Below are positions 11,223 through 24,222 of a stretch of 64,000 bases of DNA, one piece after another. Below the pieces are notes generated by a model. That model had not been told where the DNA came from and did not search any database. It saw only the letters and a list, made by a program, of their open reading frames with translations. Source of the stretch: the human T2T-CHM13v2.0 reference genome, Homo sapiens; assembly GCF_009914755.1 (NCBI RefSeq), contig NC_060942.1; one strand, given 5' to 3'. How positions within the stretch are numbered: position 1 is the first letter of the stretch; every line of letters begins with the position of its first letter. The translations under genes and the position numbers were made by a program.

Positions 11223-13479
11223 CATTGTATTGAATGGCTCCCACACAGTTGGGAAGGCAGCAGGAAATGAGGTTATCTAAAAAAATTCAAGTGGGACTTG
11301 TAGACTTCCGAGAGTGGTGGATATTTTGGGGAGTGTTGGTGGGGTCTGTGCCGTGTAGGTGAGCCTCACACTGCACAGCCGTTCACATTCGGGTGTTAGC
11401 TGTCCTCTGGGTTGGATAGCCTGGGAAAACGATATTTAATATGAAGACAGGAATGAAAAGGCTGTGCACCTGCATGCAGAGGCGAAACCTGTCTGCAGCT
11501 GTGTCTGTCTTTGGTTCTTTTTCTGCAAGTTCCCGCTCTTCTTCCTCCATGCTCCTGTCCCTTCCTGATTTGAGAAACTCCTGCCCCAGGTGCTTCTCAT
11601 TTCTCCTGCTCGCCACAGCCTTGCCCTCTGTGACCTCTGGTCCGTGGCCTCCCCGTGCGGCTGGGCAGCCTCATCACTGCCGAGGCCGGGGTGGTGCTCC
11701 CTCGAGGCACGAGCATGTTGAAGCATTAGCAGCTCCAGGTCTGCCCAGAGGAGGGCAGGGGGCGTGAGCTCTTCTTCCCGGATTCCTGACTCTCCAACTC
11801 TTACATGACTAGGAGTCCACACAGCTGACAGGCCGTGCAGGGGCCGGAGGCTGAGGCCGAGGCCGCGCTCTCTGCACTGGAGTCGTCGTGGTTGCCCTGC
11901 TGCCGTGCGGGGAGCCGCTGTGTGCTCCCTGTCCCTGCTGAGCCCTGAGCCCCGATGCAGAGGGAGAGGCCTGCTCCACGATCTCACGACGCCAAGTCTG
12001 TGCTCACCGGCTCCAAGAAGCACTCGCGGCCGCCTGGCCCAGGGGCTCTGATCTCAGCCTGAGTACACTGGGTCTTACTTAAAAAGGCATCTCTGAGGAG
12101 GGAGCCTCGAATTTGCTGCTTAACCTTCTGTGTGGTTTAGTCAGACAGTGAGGGGTGGGGCGGCCCCGGACCCCCCGGTGCAAAAACAAGTGTCCAGAGA
12201 TAAAGCCTCCTCAGGGCTGCAGCTCCCAGGAGCTGTCTGAGAACAGAAGGTAAAGAGAGAGAAGAAAACCTGAGGACCTTCATCAGAACAGCACACAGAG
12301 TAACAATAAGGGGTTCTTGTTCCAAAGTTCGTTGTCTTTAAAAAATCTGTTATGTGAAGTATGTCAAAGAGATCAGGTATTAAAAAAAGGTGTATGCTGA
12401 AGATAGCATAAGCTACAGATGTATGTATTTAGCTGTGGTTTTCCATTTCAGCAACAGAAAAAGATACAAATATGACACCCACGCGCATAGGAACTTAAAT
12501 TTGTTTGCATATATTACATTATAAATACATATGTGCCTTTTAAAAGATTATTCCTGGACCTGGCCCCACGTGCAGCGTGCGGAGTGGTTGTTGTCTTAAG
12601 AGATCCACATCCCCCTCGGCTTGGAGGAAAACAGGATGACACGTTCCCAGCCATTCTCCCGTTCAGTCACGTGGGGTCGGTGGGCCGATCGCTCGCCATG
12701 GGCTCTGAAAATACGTGTGTGGCTTAATTTCGAGTTCTCACAACTCTTGAGAAAAGTGCTGTGGGTGGGTTGCAACAGCCCACACCCCCTTCAACAGTAA
12801 AGCCCTCTGGAACAGCGCCCACGTTGCAGAATGCCTGCAGCCAGCAGCCAGCAGCCGCCCTGCCGGCCTGGCCGAGCCCCTGGCCCCAAACGGAAGCATC
12901 TGCCTGGTCATCACCCAACGCACACCGCCCACGAGCCCCCCAGGGGCGCGCAAGGCAGTGTGGCCATCGGAAGACTCCATCATGGAGTGCACGTTGTCAG
13001 GTCCCTGCACAGACTCCAAAGCCCGGGGCCTCAGCCTCCGCCGTGGTTTAAAAGCCTTTGTCAGCCATCCTTGGGCCAATCACAGTCCTCTGCCACTGAA
13101 AAAGTGTGGTTTGATGGAGAAGAAGTGATTTCCAAAGGGAGGTGCTGGTCCTATGAGAAGGGCGGTTTAGGGCAAGAAAAATAACTGACGTCACTCCCCG
13201 GCACACAGGCCCAGACTGGGAGGTCGGAGGCCGGAGGTCGGAGGGGACGCACAGGAGAGGAAATCCAAGTGGGTCTTTACAAAAGGAAGGGGTCACCTGT
13301 GCAAAGTGTGGGCGGGCCCGCCCTGACCTGGCACCAGAATCCGGAGCCAGAGGCCGTCTGGGAAGGCCAAGCACAGACACTGGCCGTGGCCTGAGAGGAC
13401 TCAGCTCTGGGCACTGAAGAAGCCAGAGGATTGGGAAGGAGCACCCCAGATCCAGCCTTGGTGAGGAAGAAGCAGCGAC

Positions 13480-13798
13480 CCCTGTGAACATCAGTGCTGG
13501 CCGGGTGCACACTGTCTGCCCTGGTCCAGCCAGGACTTTGCTTCCTGCATCTTAGACCCTGCTGACCTCACCCTCCAGAGGCTGCCCTGTGAACATCAGT
13601 GCTGGCCGGGTGCACACTGTCCGCCCTGGTCCAGCCAGGACTTTGCTTCCTGCATCTTAGACCCTGCTGACCTCACCCTCCAGAGGCTGCCCTGTGAACA
13701 TCAGTGCTGGCCGGGTGCACACTGTCCGCCCTGGTCCAGCCAGGACTTTGCTTCCTGCATCTTAGACCCTGCTGACCTCACCCTCCAGAGGCTGCCCT
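13480..13798. repeat. 105-bp unit, 3 near-identical copies
   Basis: Units start at 13480, 13585 and 13690; one substitution seen (CTGTCTG vs CTGTCCG). Confidence 0.97.
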
Positions 13799-13861
13799 TT
13801 AATGCTAGTCAGGGGCTTCCCGGACTGGGACCCTGTTAGTCACTTAAAAATCCTAAGTCCC

Positions 13862-14166
13862 GGCCATGCACAGTGGTTCACGCCTGCAATCCCAGCACTG
13901 TGGGAAGCCAAGGCAGGCAGATCACTTGAGTGCAAGAGCTCAAGGCCAGCCCAGGCAACATGGTGAGACTCCATCTCTACAAAAAATAAATAGGTCAGCC
14001 GGGCGTGGTGGTATACGCATATAGTCCCAACTACTTGGGAGGCTGAGGTGGGAGGATTGCTTGAGCCTGGGAGTTTGAGGCAGAAGTGAGCCGTGATCAC
14101 CTCACTGCACTCCAGCCTGAGCGACAGAGTGAGATGCTGAGTCAAAAAAAATAAATAAATAAACAA
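13862..14166 (+). mobile_element. AluJ
   Basis: Full dimer, GGAGGATTGCTTGAGCCTGGGAG, A-rich tail. Confidence 0.92.
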
Positions 14167-15195
14167 AATGAAAGGCAAGACACTGAGCACTGGGTGAGGT
14201 TCCACATTTCACGTCCAGGCAGGGAGGCAAGAGCGGCGGACCCCGCTTCTCTCACCTGCATCTCAATCTGCCCTCCTTTTTCTCCCTATGAAGCTTATTG
14301 CACATTTTCAGGTATTTCCAGTTTACTCACACATGCACATACGTATTAAGCAAACGGTAAGAATTATAAAGAAATCTGCATGTAAACAGAATTCCCCAAG
14401 AATATTTGGCCGTGTGATTACCTGATATGAGACATGCAAACCAGTTATAACAGGTGAGCCTGAGAGCCTTGAGCCTCCAGACCGTTTTTCCTTCAGGGTT
14501 CCATTTGAGTGCAGTAATCCGCCCATCACTCACAGGTCAAGCAGGAAAAGCAGTGTCACCACTGTACAGGCATCACCACTGTGCTGCTAGGCCCGGCTCC
14601 AAAATAACCACAGCTTGACCTGCACCCTCCCTGGAGTTAACACCACGGTCACCACGTGCCCCGCCAGGGCTAAGCCAATGAGAAGGTCCCTGGTTTCAGA
14701 ACTGAATAAACAGCCACCTCGTGGCATGAAACATATCATGTCCTTGAAAACTGGAGCTGCTCTAAGGTTGCCTTTGCAAATGAAGTGACCTCCTGTCCCT
14801 GCTGGTCTGGAGATATCTCGCCAAGGCCCGGGCGCTGAGAACTGCGTGCCACCTCCTATGTGACTTTTCTCCTCAGTCGTGTCCCAAGCATGCAGCCCCG
14901 GCCTCCACACCAACTCCGCATGTTGAGCATGCCTGGTGGGGGGGGCGGCCAGGAGGAAGCAGAGCCAGGACTGGCTCCCAGCATCCCTGATCCCCCCAAG
15001 GTGCCCTCCTCGCCAGGGAAGAAGTCCCAGCTAAGCATCAATGAGGCTTATCCTTGAGGGAAAGGCCTGGAGACCTCTGGGAGCACCAATGGTGGCCCAG
15101 GCCCCGCTGTCTGGCAGGGCACGTGGCACTCCAGGGCTCATCTTCCACCATAACAGATGCGGGAATGTGGGGACCTTTAAATCCCGCTCGGGTTT

Positions 15196-15492
15196 TGTAC
15201 AAAGGACATCTTAGGAGAGACCTTCTCCCTCTGCACGCTTCACAACAACGCTCATCTCCCATGAGCCCTGGTGTTTCTCTAGATCCAAAGGGCTGTACAA
15301 AGGGCACCTTAGGAGAGACCTTCTTCCTCTGTGCGCTTCACAACCACGCTCATCTCCCACGAGCCCTGGTGTTTCTCTAGATCCAAAGGGCTGTACAAAG
15401 GGCACCTTAGGAGGGACCTTCTCCCTCTGCACGCTTCATAACAACGCTCGTCTCCCACGAGCCCTGCTGTTACTCTAGATCCAGAGGGCTGT
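15196..15492. repeat. 98-bp tandem repeat, 3 copies
   Basis: TGTACAAAGG...CTCTAGATCCA recurs at 15196, 15294 and 15392. Confidence 0.95.
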
Positions 15493-16587
15493 TGCATTTC
15501 CTTCTAAAATTCAAATGTTCCCCTTTATAACTTGGCAGAGTCCAATTTGACACAAAAAAACAAAAACAACAACAAAACCCCACATTTTAAAGCTATAGCA
15601 GCATTTGGCATTTTTTCTCATCAGTGGCAAACATCTCCCTGGTCGCTGCACCTGCCTGGAGATTCCCCAGCAGCCCTCCCCAGCATCTCGCAGCGCCCAC
15701 CATCGCTCTCTGTACCTGTTTGAAAAGCTGCGGAGCCTTTGTATTTTTGGTCCTGATAATCTCTGGTTCATAAGTGTTGAGGGGTAAGGAAATGTAGTAA
15801 AATATGTGGGCAGGGGAACAGTTCAGATGCCGGGCTTCTACCCCCAGCGTGCAGCTTCCCTCTCAGGCTGAAACGCCGACTCTGCCGCCCGGCGACTGCT
15901 TCCCAGGTGACTGTTTCCAGAGTCAGGTGTTGGCCGTGGTCAGGTTGACCTGCCTGTTCTCTATAAGCTGTGTGTGTTGTGCCCGGGTGTAGATGCCCTG
16001 AGGTTTCACGGCCCCCCAGCAAGCAGCCCCAGGCCCGGCACCGGATGGGCCCTTCATACCCATTCACTGTAACAGACAAGCAGACGGATGAGGCCATCGT
16101 GGTCCCTCTGAATAAACGATGCTTCACAGAAGTCTCCCCTTTCAAAACACGTACAGCGAATGACTCGGGCTTCAGAGCCACCCTGGGGTGCCGTCGGCTG
16201 GTGGGTGATGGAGCGGCTCTGCCTGGCTCCTCTCGGCTCTGGCGCGGCAGGTCTTCCTGCTTTCCAAGCCCGTGTCCCTGGTGCCAGCACAGAACTGAAC
16301 TCCGCCCTTGAGTCGTGCGGGACGAGACCCCGTGCTGCGGGCGCAGTGCCCTCTGTGGGCGGCGCGTGGTGGCTGTCCTCCGTTTCCCACCCGGCGTCTA
16401 CTGGGCCTTGTCCAGTATCACTGGGAGCTGCAGGCTCGGCTAGCAGGTGGCTCCCGTGCCATCCCCGTGAGCTCCGCCTGGCCCTGCTGCTCCCGCCCGG
16501 AAAGCTCAGACCCATAACCCAGCCCACTTGGCAGCAGCGTGCCGCCTGATCGGCAAGGTTTACTCCCTTTGAAAATCTCTGTTGGGT

Positions 16588-16938
<351 letters not shown>

Positions 16939-17417
16939 CTAAACGCACCCAAGCTTCCTACCGCACGTCTCTGCGAGGAGCCGGGTCTCCGAGGCATGGC
17001 TCCTGTAGTACCCAGGAGTCCACGTGTCACGGGCGTGCGTGGTGCTAAGCTCATGCCTCAGAGCTGATGAACACTGGGAAGCCTCAAAAATGCCCTCCAG
17101 CTAAAGGGGTCTTTTTAAAGCCACTTCTTGTTGATATTTATCTCACCATCCAACAAGCAAACATTTGTATGCAAAGCAAACTCAGAATCAGCATTCCCGC
17201 CAGTTACTAAGGAAAAATTTGCCCTTGTGATGCTTCACCTGGTGATTACATTTCCCACTTCTGATAACAGATGGGAAAATGCACACCGCTGGGGGAGGAG
17301 GGGGAGGAAGAAGAGGGGGCAAAGGGCAGCAAAAGCAGCCTGCAGCCAAACTGTGGCGTCCTCAGACCCCCACAAGCAGTGGCGCCTGTCCATGGCACCG
17401 TGATGTGCCTGTTCCAC

Positions 17418-17487
17418 AGGATGACATCACACAGGATGACGTCCCATGGATGACATCATAAGGATGGCGTCACAAGGATGGCGACAC
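17418..17487. repeat. 14-15-bp repeat x5 (GGATGACRTCA-like)
   Basis: GGATGACATCA, GGATGACGTCC, GGATGACATCA, GGATGGCGTCA, GGATGGCGACA. Confidence 0.85.
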
Positions 17488-17969
17488 TTTCAACCCGGGG
17501 CGTAGACTTGGGAAGAGCGTCTATACACTTGGTGTTGCCCAGTGCATCCTACAAGTAGGTTACGAAAGGGCGACCGGCCCCACGACGTCACGTGGAGGCA
17601 CTGGGGCGACGCGGAGGGGAAGAAGCGGACACAGTCGGCGCGCTGGGTGGGAACGAGGGCCGAGGCTGATGGCAGCCTGGTAACTTTGGGGCCTGTGACA
17701 GGCAGGCGCTGGGGTTGAAGTGTAGAAAAGACGAACTCAGTGACTGAGGAGGGAATGACAAATGGGAGCCGAGTTTCCAGAAAACCAACCCCTCTTCCCT
17801 CCCACTGCTTCACCCAAAGGAAAGAATTCGGAAGTGAAGCCCTCCCCACATATGGGTTCAAAGTTGCCTTTAAATGCTTTGTGCCTCTCGCCGGGGCCGG
17901 TCCCCCATAGGGTGTGGATGACAGACGCAGCCCTGCCCTTGGCTGCTGTGCACGCCATGCCTCCCTGCG

Positions 17970-18072
17970 TGGTCACGCCTGTCACCTGTCTCTGTGCCGT
18001 CTCCCACACGGTCACGCCTGTCACCTCTGTGCTGTCTCCCGGGTGGTCACGCCTGTCACCTGTCTCTGTGCC
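17970..18072. repeat. ~37-bp repeat x3
   Basis: GGTCACGCCTGTCACCT recurs three times. Confidence 0.85.
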
Positions 18073-19372
18073 ATCTCCCGCACACAAGCGGAAACACCTT
18101 GATCACAGAGACCCTCTTTGTCACAGCTCAGCATACGGCCCTGGACTGAGGGGGTAACTAGGGAAAGCTCTTCAGTGAATGAAAGTGAATCGTTTTACAA
18201 TAATAGGAAACAACTCACGGTACCTGTGTCCCTGTGGACAAACAGTGTTTCCGGGGTGGGTTTGAGCCGCCAGCGTGTGGTGAGGCAGAGCGTCCCGGGT
18301 TTGCGGCTTGGCTGACTTCTGAGTCAGCGGCTGGGGCATCGGCTTGTGCTCCGCAAGGACGAGCAGGGGTGGCCCCTGGCCGAGCCACCGCACGCTCCCC
18401 TTCCGCAGTTCCTGACGGCATCCGCTGTATGCAGATGCTACAGAAACGCGTGTTCCCTTCCCAGTGCACCCGGCGGTAACGCTGCAAGAATTTTAAGTGC
18501 TGGGTCCCGCTCTGGACCCCACAACTTAACAGCGTGGGAACACTCAGGGTGGACTTAAGCCACAGCCACACGGATTACTCAAGTGTTGGCAGATAAATCT
18601 CATGAAAAATTGCTGACAGAATTGGAATTACTCAGCTTGAAGAAAGGAGATGTTATGAACATATTCATAACAGCCCACATCTCTATTTTTAGCCCCTGCA
18701 ATTCCCATTTTGGGGGCTGGGAATTTGGAGGGTGGTCAGAGCCTGTTCACTCTGGGGGCTGCCGCTGCCTGCCAGGGAGCCTGGTGGGGGCTGCTCGGCA
18801 GCTCCTGAGCCAGCTGCACCCTCTGAACCTGTTTTCTCCAGTGAGCCGGCCGCACCCCCTGAACCTGTCAGGATCACATTCTCCTTTGTGGCCATGAATA
18901 TTCAGCCCCCAAACAATGAACATAAACAGGGTTTTGCCTTTTCTATTCCTCTAAATTGTATCTGAGGCCTCACTAAACCTTCCTCACCTGTGCAATGAGA
19001 AGGGACCAGATGACTTCTAAGATTAAGTAGAAGCAACTGAAATCTCATTTCAGCTCTAAAATAGCCCGATTTCCTTTATTTTAACACAGTTTGGGGTGGG
19101 CATGCAGGTGCATGGTCCCCTCAGGTCAACCCTGCCCTCATCCCACCCCAGGGGCACTGGCAATACCTGGAGGCAGTTCTGATTGCACAGCATGGCGGGG
19201 GGTCCCACTGGCATCAAGCGGGTGGGGCCGGCCTGCTGCTGGCACCCCGAGACACACAGGATGCCCATGTGGGGAAGCCCAGCCACAGGCCTACATGCCG
19301 TGCCGAGGCAGGACAGCCTGGCCTGCTGTCACTGGGTCAAGTCCCTGGCACTGAGCTGTCACAGGCCACAGC

Positions 19373-19575
19373 GCTATTCCCCATGGGGTCCCACAGCACG
19401 GGGCTCAGCCAGACCCGACCACCACTGCCCCGGATCTCAGCTATTCCCCATGGGGTCCCACAGCACGGGGCTCGGCCAGACCCGACCACCACTGCCCCGG
19501 ATCTCAGCTATTCCCCATGGGGTTCCACAGCACGGGACTTGGCCAGACCTGACCACCACTGCCCGGGAACTCAGC
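19373..19575. repeat. 67-bp tandem repeat, 3 copies
   Basis: GCTATTCCCCATGGGGT starts at 19373, 19440 and 19507. Confidence 0.95.
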
Positions 19576-21059
19576 CCGGTTCATCAGGGTCGTTGGTGCC
19601 CCTGGCCACAATAGCCATCCTTGAGAACACGGCACCTGAGCCACACCAGCCAGGTAGTTTTGCCAGAACCTTCTCTTCACTGGAGCCACTAAGATGGAGC
19701 CTAGAACCATCAGCCTCTGTCTCCCTGCATGAGCACCTGCTGGGGCAGGGCCAGGACGGGGCAGCAGTGCCAGACACAGGGAGAGGGCATGTGCCCCGCG
19801 GACTGGTTTGAGCCGGGGCTCAAAGTAAAGGGGCAAACTATAGAAATAAAAAAGTAAAATCATCACTGTCTAGTAGCCTCCCAGGCGAATGGGAAGTGTT
19901 TCTGCAAAGCCTACGATTCTTTTATCTGACCTGAAGTTGGAAATACATCAACCAGAATTATTTTTCCTTCCTTCCCCTTCCTTTTTTTATGTGAGGAAGT
20001 CTGAAATTTAGGGTCTTTCTGTTTAACTTTATTCCCTCAGTTGTTCTGTGGTCAGGAGCAGCACTTTAAATTCTCAGTATTTTACAAAGTTGTGAAATAA
20101 CCTGCTTGTAAAATGCCATTGGGGTAAATCAGCAGCTTTCACAGCTTAAACCCCAAAGGTCTGACGTGGGTGAGCGGCTCCTCCTATCCCAGCGAATGTG
20201 GCTTCAGGGACAGAGACCAGAGAGTGCCCAGGGTCCCCTTTCCTCAAGTCGTATGCTTTCCATGTTTTATGACTGTCGAAGTTACACAAGTTGTTTGTAG
20301 AAAATATGGAAATTACCAAGAAGCAGGAAGGGGAATCCGAATCCCTCAAATGCAGCGGGGAGACGGTGTGACTTTGCCTCCTGTTCTCCTTCGTTCCTGC
20401 TGAGTGGGAGAGGCCTGCTTAGGTGCTGAGAGGTGTGAGGGGCACTAAGCCTCCAGGCATCCAGCAACCCTCGGCCGCGTGTCGCACACATCCCGGGTTT
20501 CGGACGAGTGTGAAGCTCACGGAAAAGCCAGGTGGGTTCTCCAAGGTGGAGCCACAGGGGGACAGGAGAGCGTCGGTGACCAGGGTCAGCATCCGGTGAG
20601 GTGCAGTTTTGTCCTGCCTTTCACCTGAGCTCCTGAGGGGTGCCCGGTGCAGAAAAAGTCTTCAGAGACCCCCCCAGTGGCCGCGCGCACCACGTGGTTG
20701 AACCCCGAAGAAGGCTGAACTCCATCCAAGCCCCTGAGGCCAGACATCTCCACGGTTCCCAGTTTTCCAATACTGCGGAGGTAATGCCTGTTAACGTTCT
20801 TGGACCGATACTTTCTCGGCTCTCGTTTATTTCCTTAGGAGAGAATTTCAGAACCGGATAGCCGGGGCAGTTAGAAGATACTTGCCTAATTTTACGGGAA
20901 AAGTGTCATTGTTTTAATTTGCATTCTTTAATTATAAGTGAGCTTGAACAGTTTTTTCCAATGTTCGATATTTACATTTTTTGTCACTTTTATTTTAGTC
21001 CTCCGCGAAGGAGCCTCTCAAATATTCCCGGAGCACAGGCTAATTTAGAACGTGTTATC

Positions 21060-22200
21060 CTGACAAGGCGGCCCAGCCAGGGAGGAGACGCCGGGGTCCG
21101 CGCCGCGGGGCGGGCGCTTCCCCGGACCCGGGGGAGGCGGGACGCAGGCGAAGGCCGCCCCGGGAGAGCGGGGTCCCGGGAGAGCGGGGTCCCGGGAGAG
21201 CGGGGTCCCGGCTGTGGGGGACGCGGGCCGAGGCTGTCGCGAAGCCGCTGACGGCCGAGGCGCTCCCGGTTTTCGCGGCGCACAAGGGTTGCCCGAGCGC
21301 TCAGAGCAGGGGCCGCCACGCGGGCGCCCGGTCCAACCCGCGGCCTCCCGGGTCCCTCCTAGCGGGGCCGCAGACGCCCGCGAGCCGCGTCCCCGGAGCG
21401 CAGAAGATCCCCGCGCACAGCGCAGGCCCCGCCGGCCCGGTGGACCCGCTTGAGGACGCGGAGGGGGCGCGTTTCCTCTGCGGCGCCCGCACGGCCTCTG
21501 CCCGCCTGTCCCGCGCTCCCGCCCGGCAGGCCCAGCTCGGACGAGGCTCAGCTGCCGCCCCCGTTGCCTTTGTGGGTTTTTCTGCGGAAGCCCCTTTTCC
21601 TCGGGTGGATGGGACCCTGCGCGTGGAACCCCGCACAGCCCCCGCTCCGCCGCGGGCCGCAGGACCCATTCCTTCTCCACGGTGGCGCTGGGGAGGGGCT
21701 GCTTCCACCCAGGAGATTCGCGAGGGAGAGAAAACATGCGGCTCACATCCGGACGGCAGCCCCGCCCCGCTTAGAAACAATATGGCCAGTTTGCTAATGA
21801 AAGGTGAAATTAATCCATTTCTTCGGAACACTCGGGGTCGCACCCAGGGCGCAGGTGGGTCTGCCCTGTGCGAATGACCTCCGCCCCCCGTTGGCCCCCC
21901 GCGCAGGGAACCGCCCCGCCCTTCCCGGCCACCCCCAGGAGCAGGGGCTGCTCTTCCTTCGCCTTTGCTCCTCATGGGCCCTCCCCGGCGGCGGTCGCCG
22001 CGTCCCTGTGGGATGCTGTGTCGGCCCGGCTCGGGGTCTCTGGGTTCTGGGGACCGGAGCCCCGGTGGTTGGACAGGGCAGGTGCAGGCCCCGGGGCTTC
22101 TCCCACAGACAGCGTGGCCTTTGCTCTGGCAGCGCCCGAGAGCAGCACCGCGCAAACGCCAGCCCAGGCTTCGGGAGGGCGCCTGGTTCCAGCGCTGCAC
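21060..22200. promoter_or_regulatory. CpG island 1, probable (bidirectional) promoter
   Basis: Dense CpG, GC boxes (CCCCGCCCC ~21760, ~21914), TCGCGA elements (~21238, ~21718), 16-bp CCCGGGAGAGCGGGGT x3 at ~21159-21211. Confidence 0.85.
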
Positions 22201-22227
22201 ACACTGGGGCGAGGCAGGGTGAGAGAG

Positions 22228-22620
22228 CACGCACATATATGCACACTCACACATACAGACATGCACACTCAGACTCACACATGCACACTCACACACGCTC
22301 ACGCACACTCACATGCACGTGCATGCACACACGCACCCACACATGCATGCACGCACACATGCACACAGGCACGCACTCACATGCAAACGCACGCACACGC
22401 ACGCACACATACATGCACGCACAGACATGCACACACGTGCATGCACACATACATACACCACACCCACATGCATGCACGCACTCATGCACACTCACACCAT
22501 GCACATGCACGCACACTCGTACACACGCATGCACTCACACATGCACACACGTGCACACACGCACTCTCACACGTGCACGCCTGCACACTCGCACACTCAA
22601 GCACACTTGCACACGCACTC
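22228..22620. repeat. Degenerate (CA)n/(CATG/CACG) alternating purine-pyrimidine tract
   Basis: Direct reading. Confidence 0.95.
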
Positions 22621-24052
22621 CCATCTCACAGACCTGGGCACACAGGCACATACGGGTGTGAGTCAGCAGCACGGGTGGGCTCACCACAGAATCTGAGCGA
22701 GGCACCTCCCACGGAACCTCCGTGCCCTCCCAGGATGGAAACCCCACGGCTCCGCTGCTCCCAGGGGGCCCCGCATGCCCCCCGCCGCGGGGGCAAGACG
22801 TGAACAGGCCAAGCACTGCCCTGAGCGGCACAGGAGGCCCTGGAGCCCGGCCGGCTCAGGCTCCCCGCAAGGAAAGCAGCCCATCCACGGACCAGGCCTT
22901 AGAGCCGCGGGCGCACAGCGCGGTGCACACGCGAGAGGCAGAATGAGGAACGGGCTCGCGGGCTGGACGCTGGCGGGGACAGGAGCCTCCACAGGGGCCG
23001 CTGCGGGAAATTCCCGGGCCCCAGGCTTTTTGCGCAGGGACCTCGTCTTGTCCTTGGTATTCCAGAGGCCATGACCAGACTCTAGTCTCATAAGAAGTAC
23101 AGAAATTCCTAAATTGCTCAGAGGTGCCTCCTGTGCCAAGGAAAGGGACGTCCGTGCCCCTCCTTGTCCCGGGGAGCACGGCTCCATGGCGCCCGCTGTG
23201 GAGCTGCGGTTCTCACCATGGGCAGGTGCGAGGCCGTAGACTGGTGTGGTCAGACCAGGGGACTCCTGCGTTCACCCTGGGCCCCGGAGACTAGTGATCC
23301 CGCTCCCCAGCAGAGCACCGCCAAAAGCCCCGGGTGCCGGAGCTGTCCTGCAAGAATGAACGGGCAGGAGACACAAGAGCGTGGCGGGGCCTTCTGAGGA
23401 TGCGGTGCAAGGGCGCTGTTAGCACCCACGCGAGGCGGCAGCGCATGGAGGAAGCCTCCCATCGTAAGCGCGTTTCTGCCTGAAATGCACGTGTCCTTAT
23501 AGGCAGCGGTCTTGCCACTCATGGACGGAGAGGCAGCATATGTTTAAAAGATGAGCACACAAAGGACTGTGCACCTGCCGCGGAGTGGCGTCCTCTGGGA
23601 GAAGCTGGAGAGTTTGAAGGGGTGGACAGGAGGCGGGAGACAGGGGAAGACGGAGCTCAGACCTGTAGGGGCTGCTGTGCTGGCCCAGAGTGTCCAGGGT
23701 TTGGGAGTGGAGGAAGGAGGCAAGTCTTTTCCAGTTAGGGAGAAACCACACAGACCCTGAAACCCGGTCCCCACATGCAGACCCAAAACCCAGTCCCATC
23801 CCAGGAGGCTGGGCCACCACCGTTGTGGGTGCTGAGTCCCTTACTTTCTGCCTCACCCGTTCCACTGAGCCTCTTTCGCGCCACCCTCACTGTCATTTGC
23901 AGGAAACACCTGTTCTCTCCATGCACCTGCTCTGATGCACTGACTTGTTACCGGGAAGGTGGCTGCTTCCAAGGCAGGCCAAGATGCCTGCGGCTTGTTA
24001 TTCGTCTGAGAATGGCTCCTTGCTCTAACGGGGTTTGAGGGACAGACGGGAC

Positions 24053-24222
24053 TGCTTCCTTCCCTCCTTCCTTCCTTCCCTCCCTCCCTCTCTCCTCTCT
24101 CTCCCTCCCTGCCCCCCCCCCCCTTCTCTCCCTCTCTCTCTCCCTCTCTGGTTTTCTCTCCCTCCCTCTCATTCTCTCTAGCACTTTCTCCCTCCATTCT
24201 CCCTCTGATTCTCCCTCTTTCT
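24053..24222. repeat. Polypyrimidine (CCTT/CT) tract
   Basis: ~170 bp almost only C/T on + strand. Confidence 0.95.

Noticed and set aside
21301-22803. 285-335-aa ORFs with His/Thr or Cys/Val runs
   Set aside because: CpG island plus (CA)n tract translation
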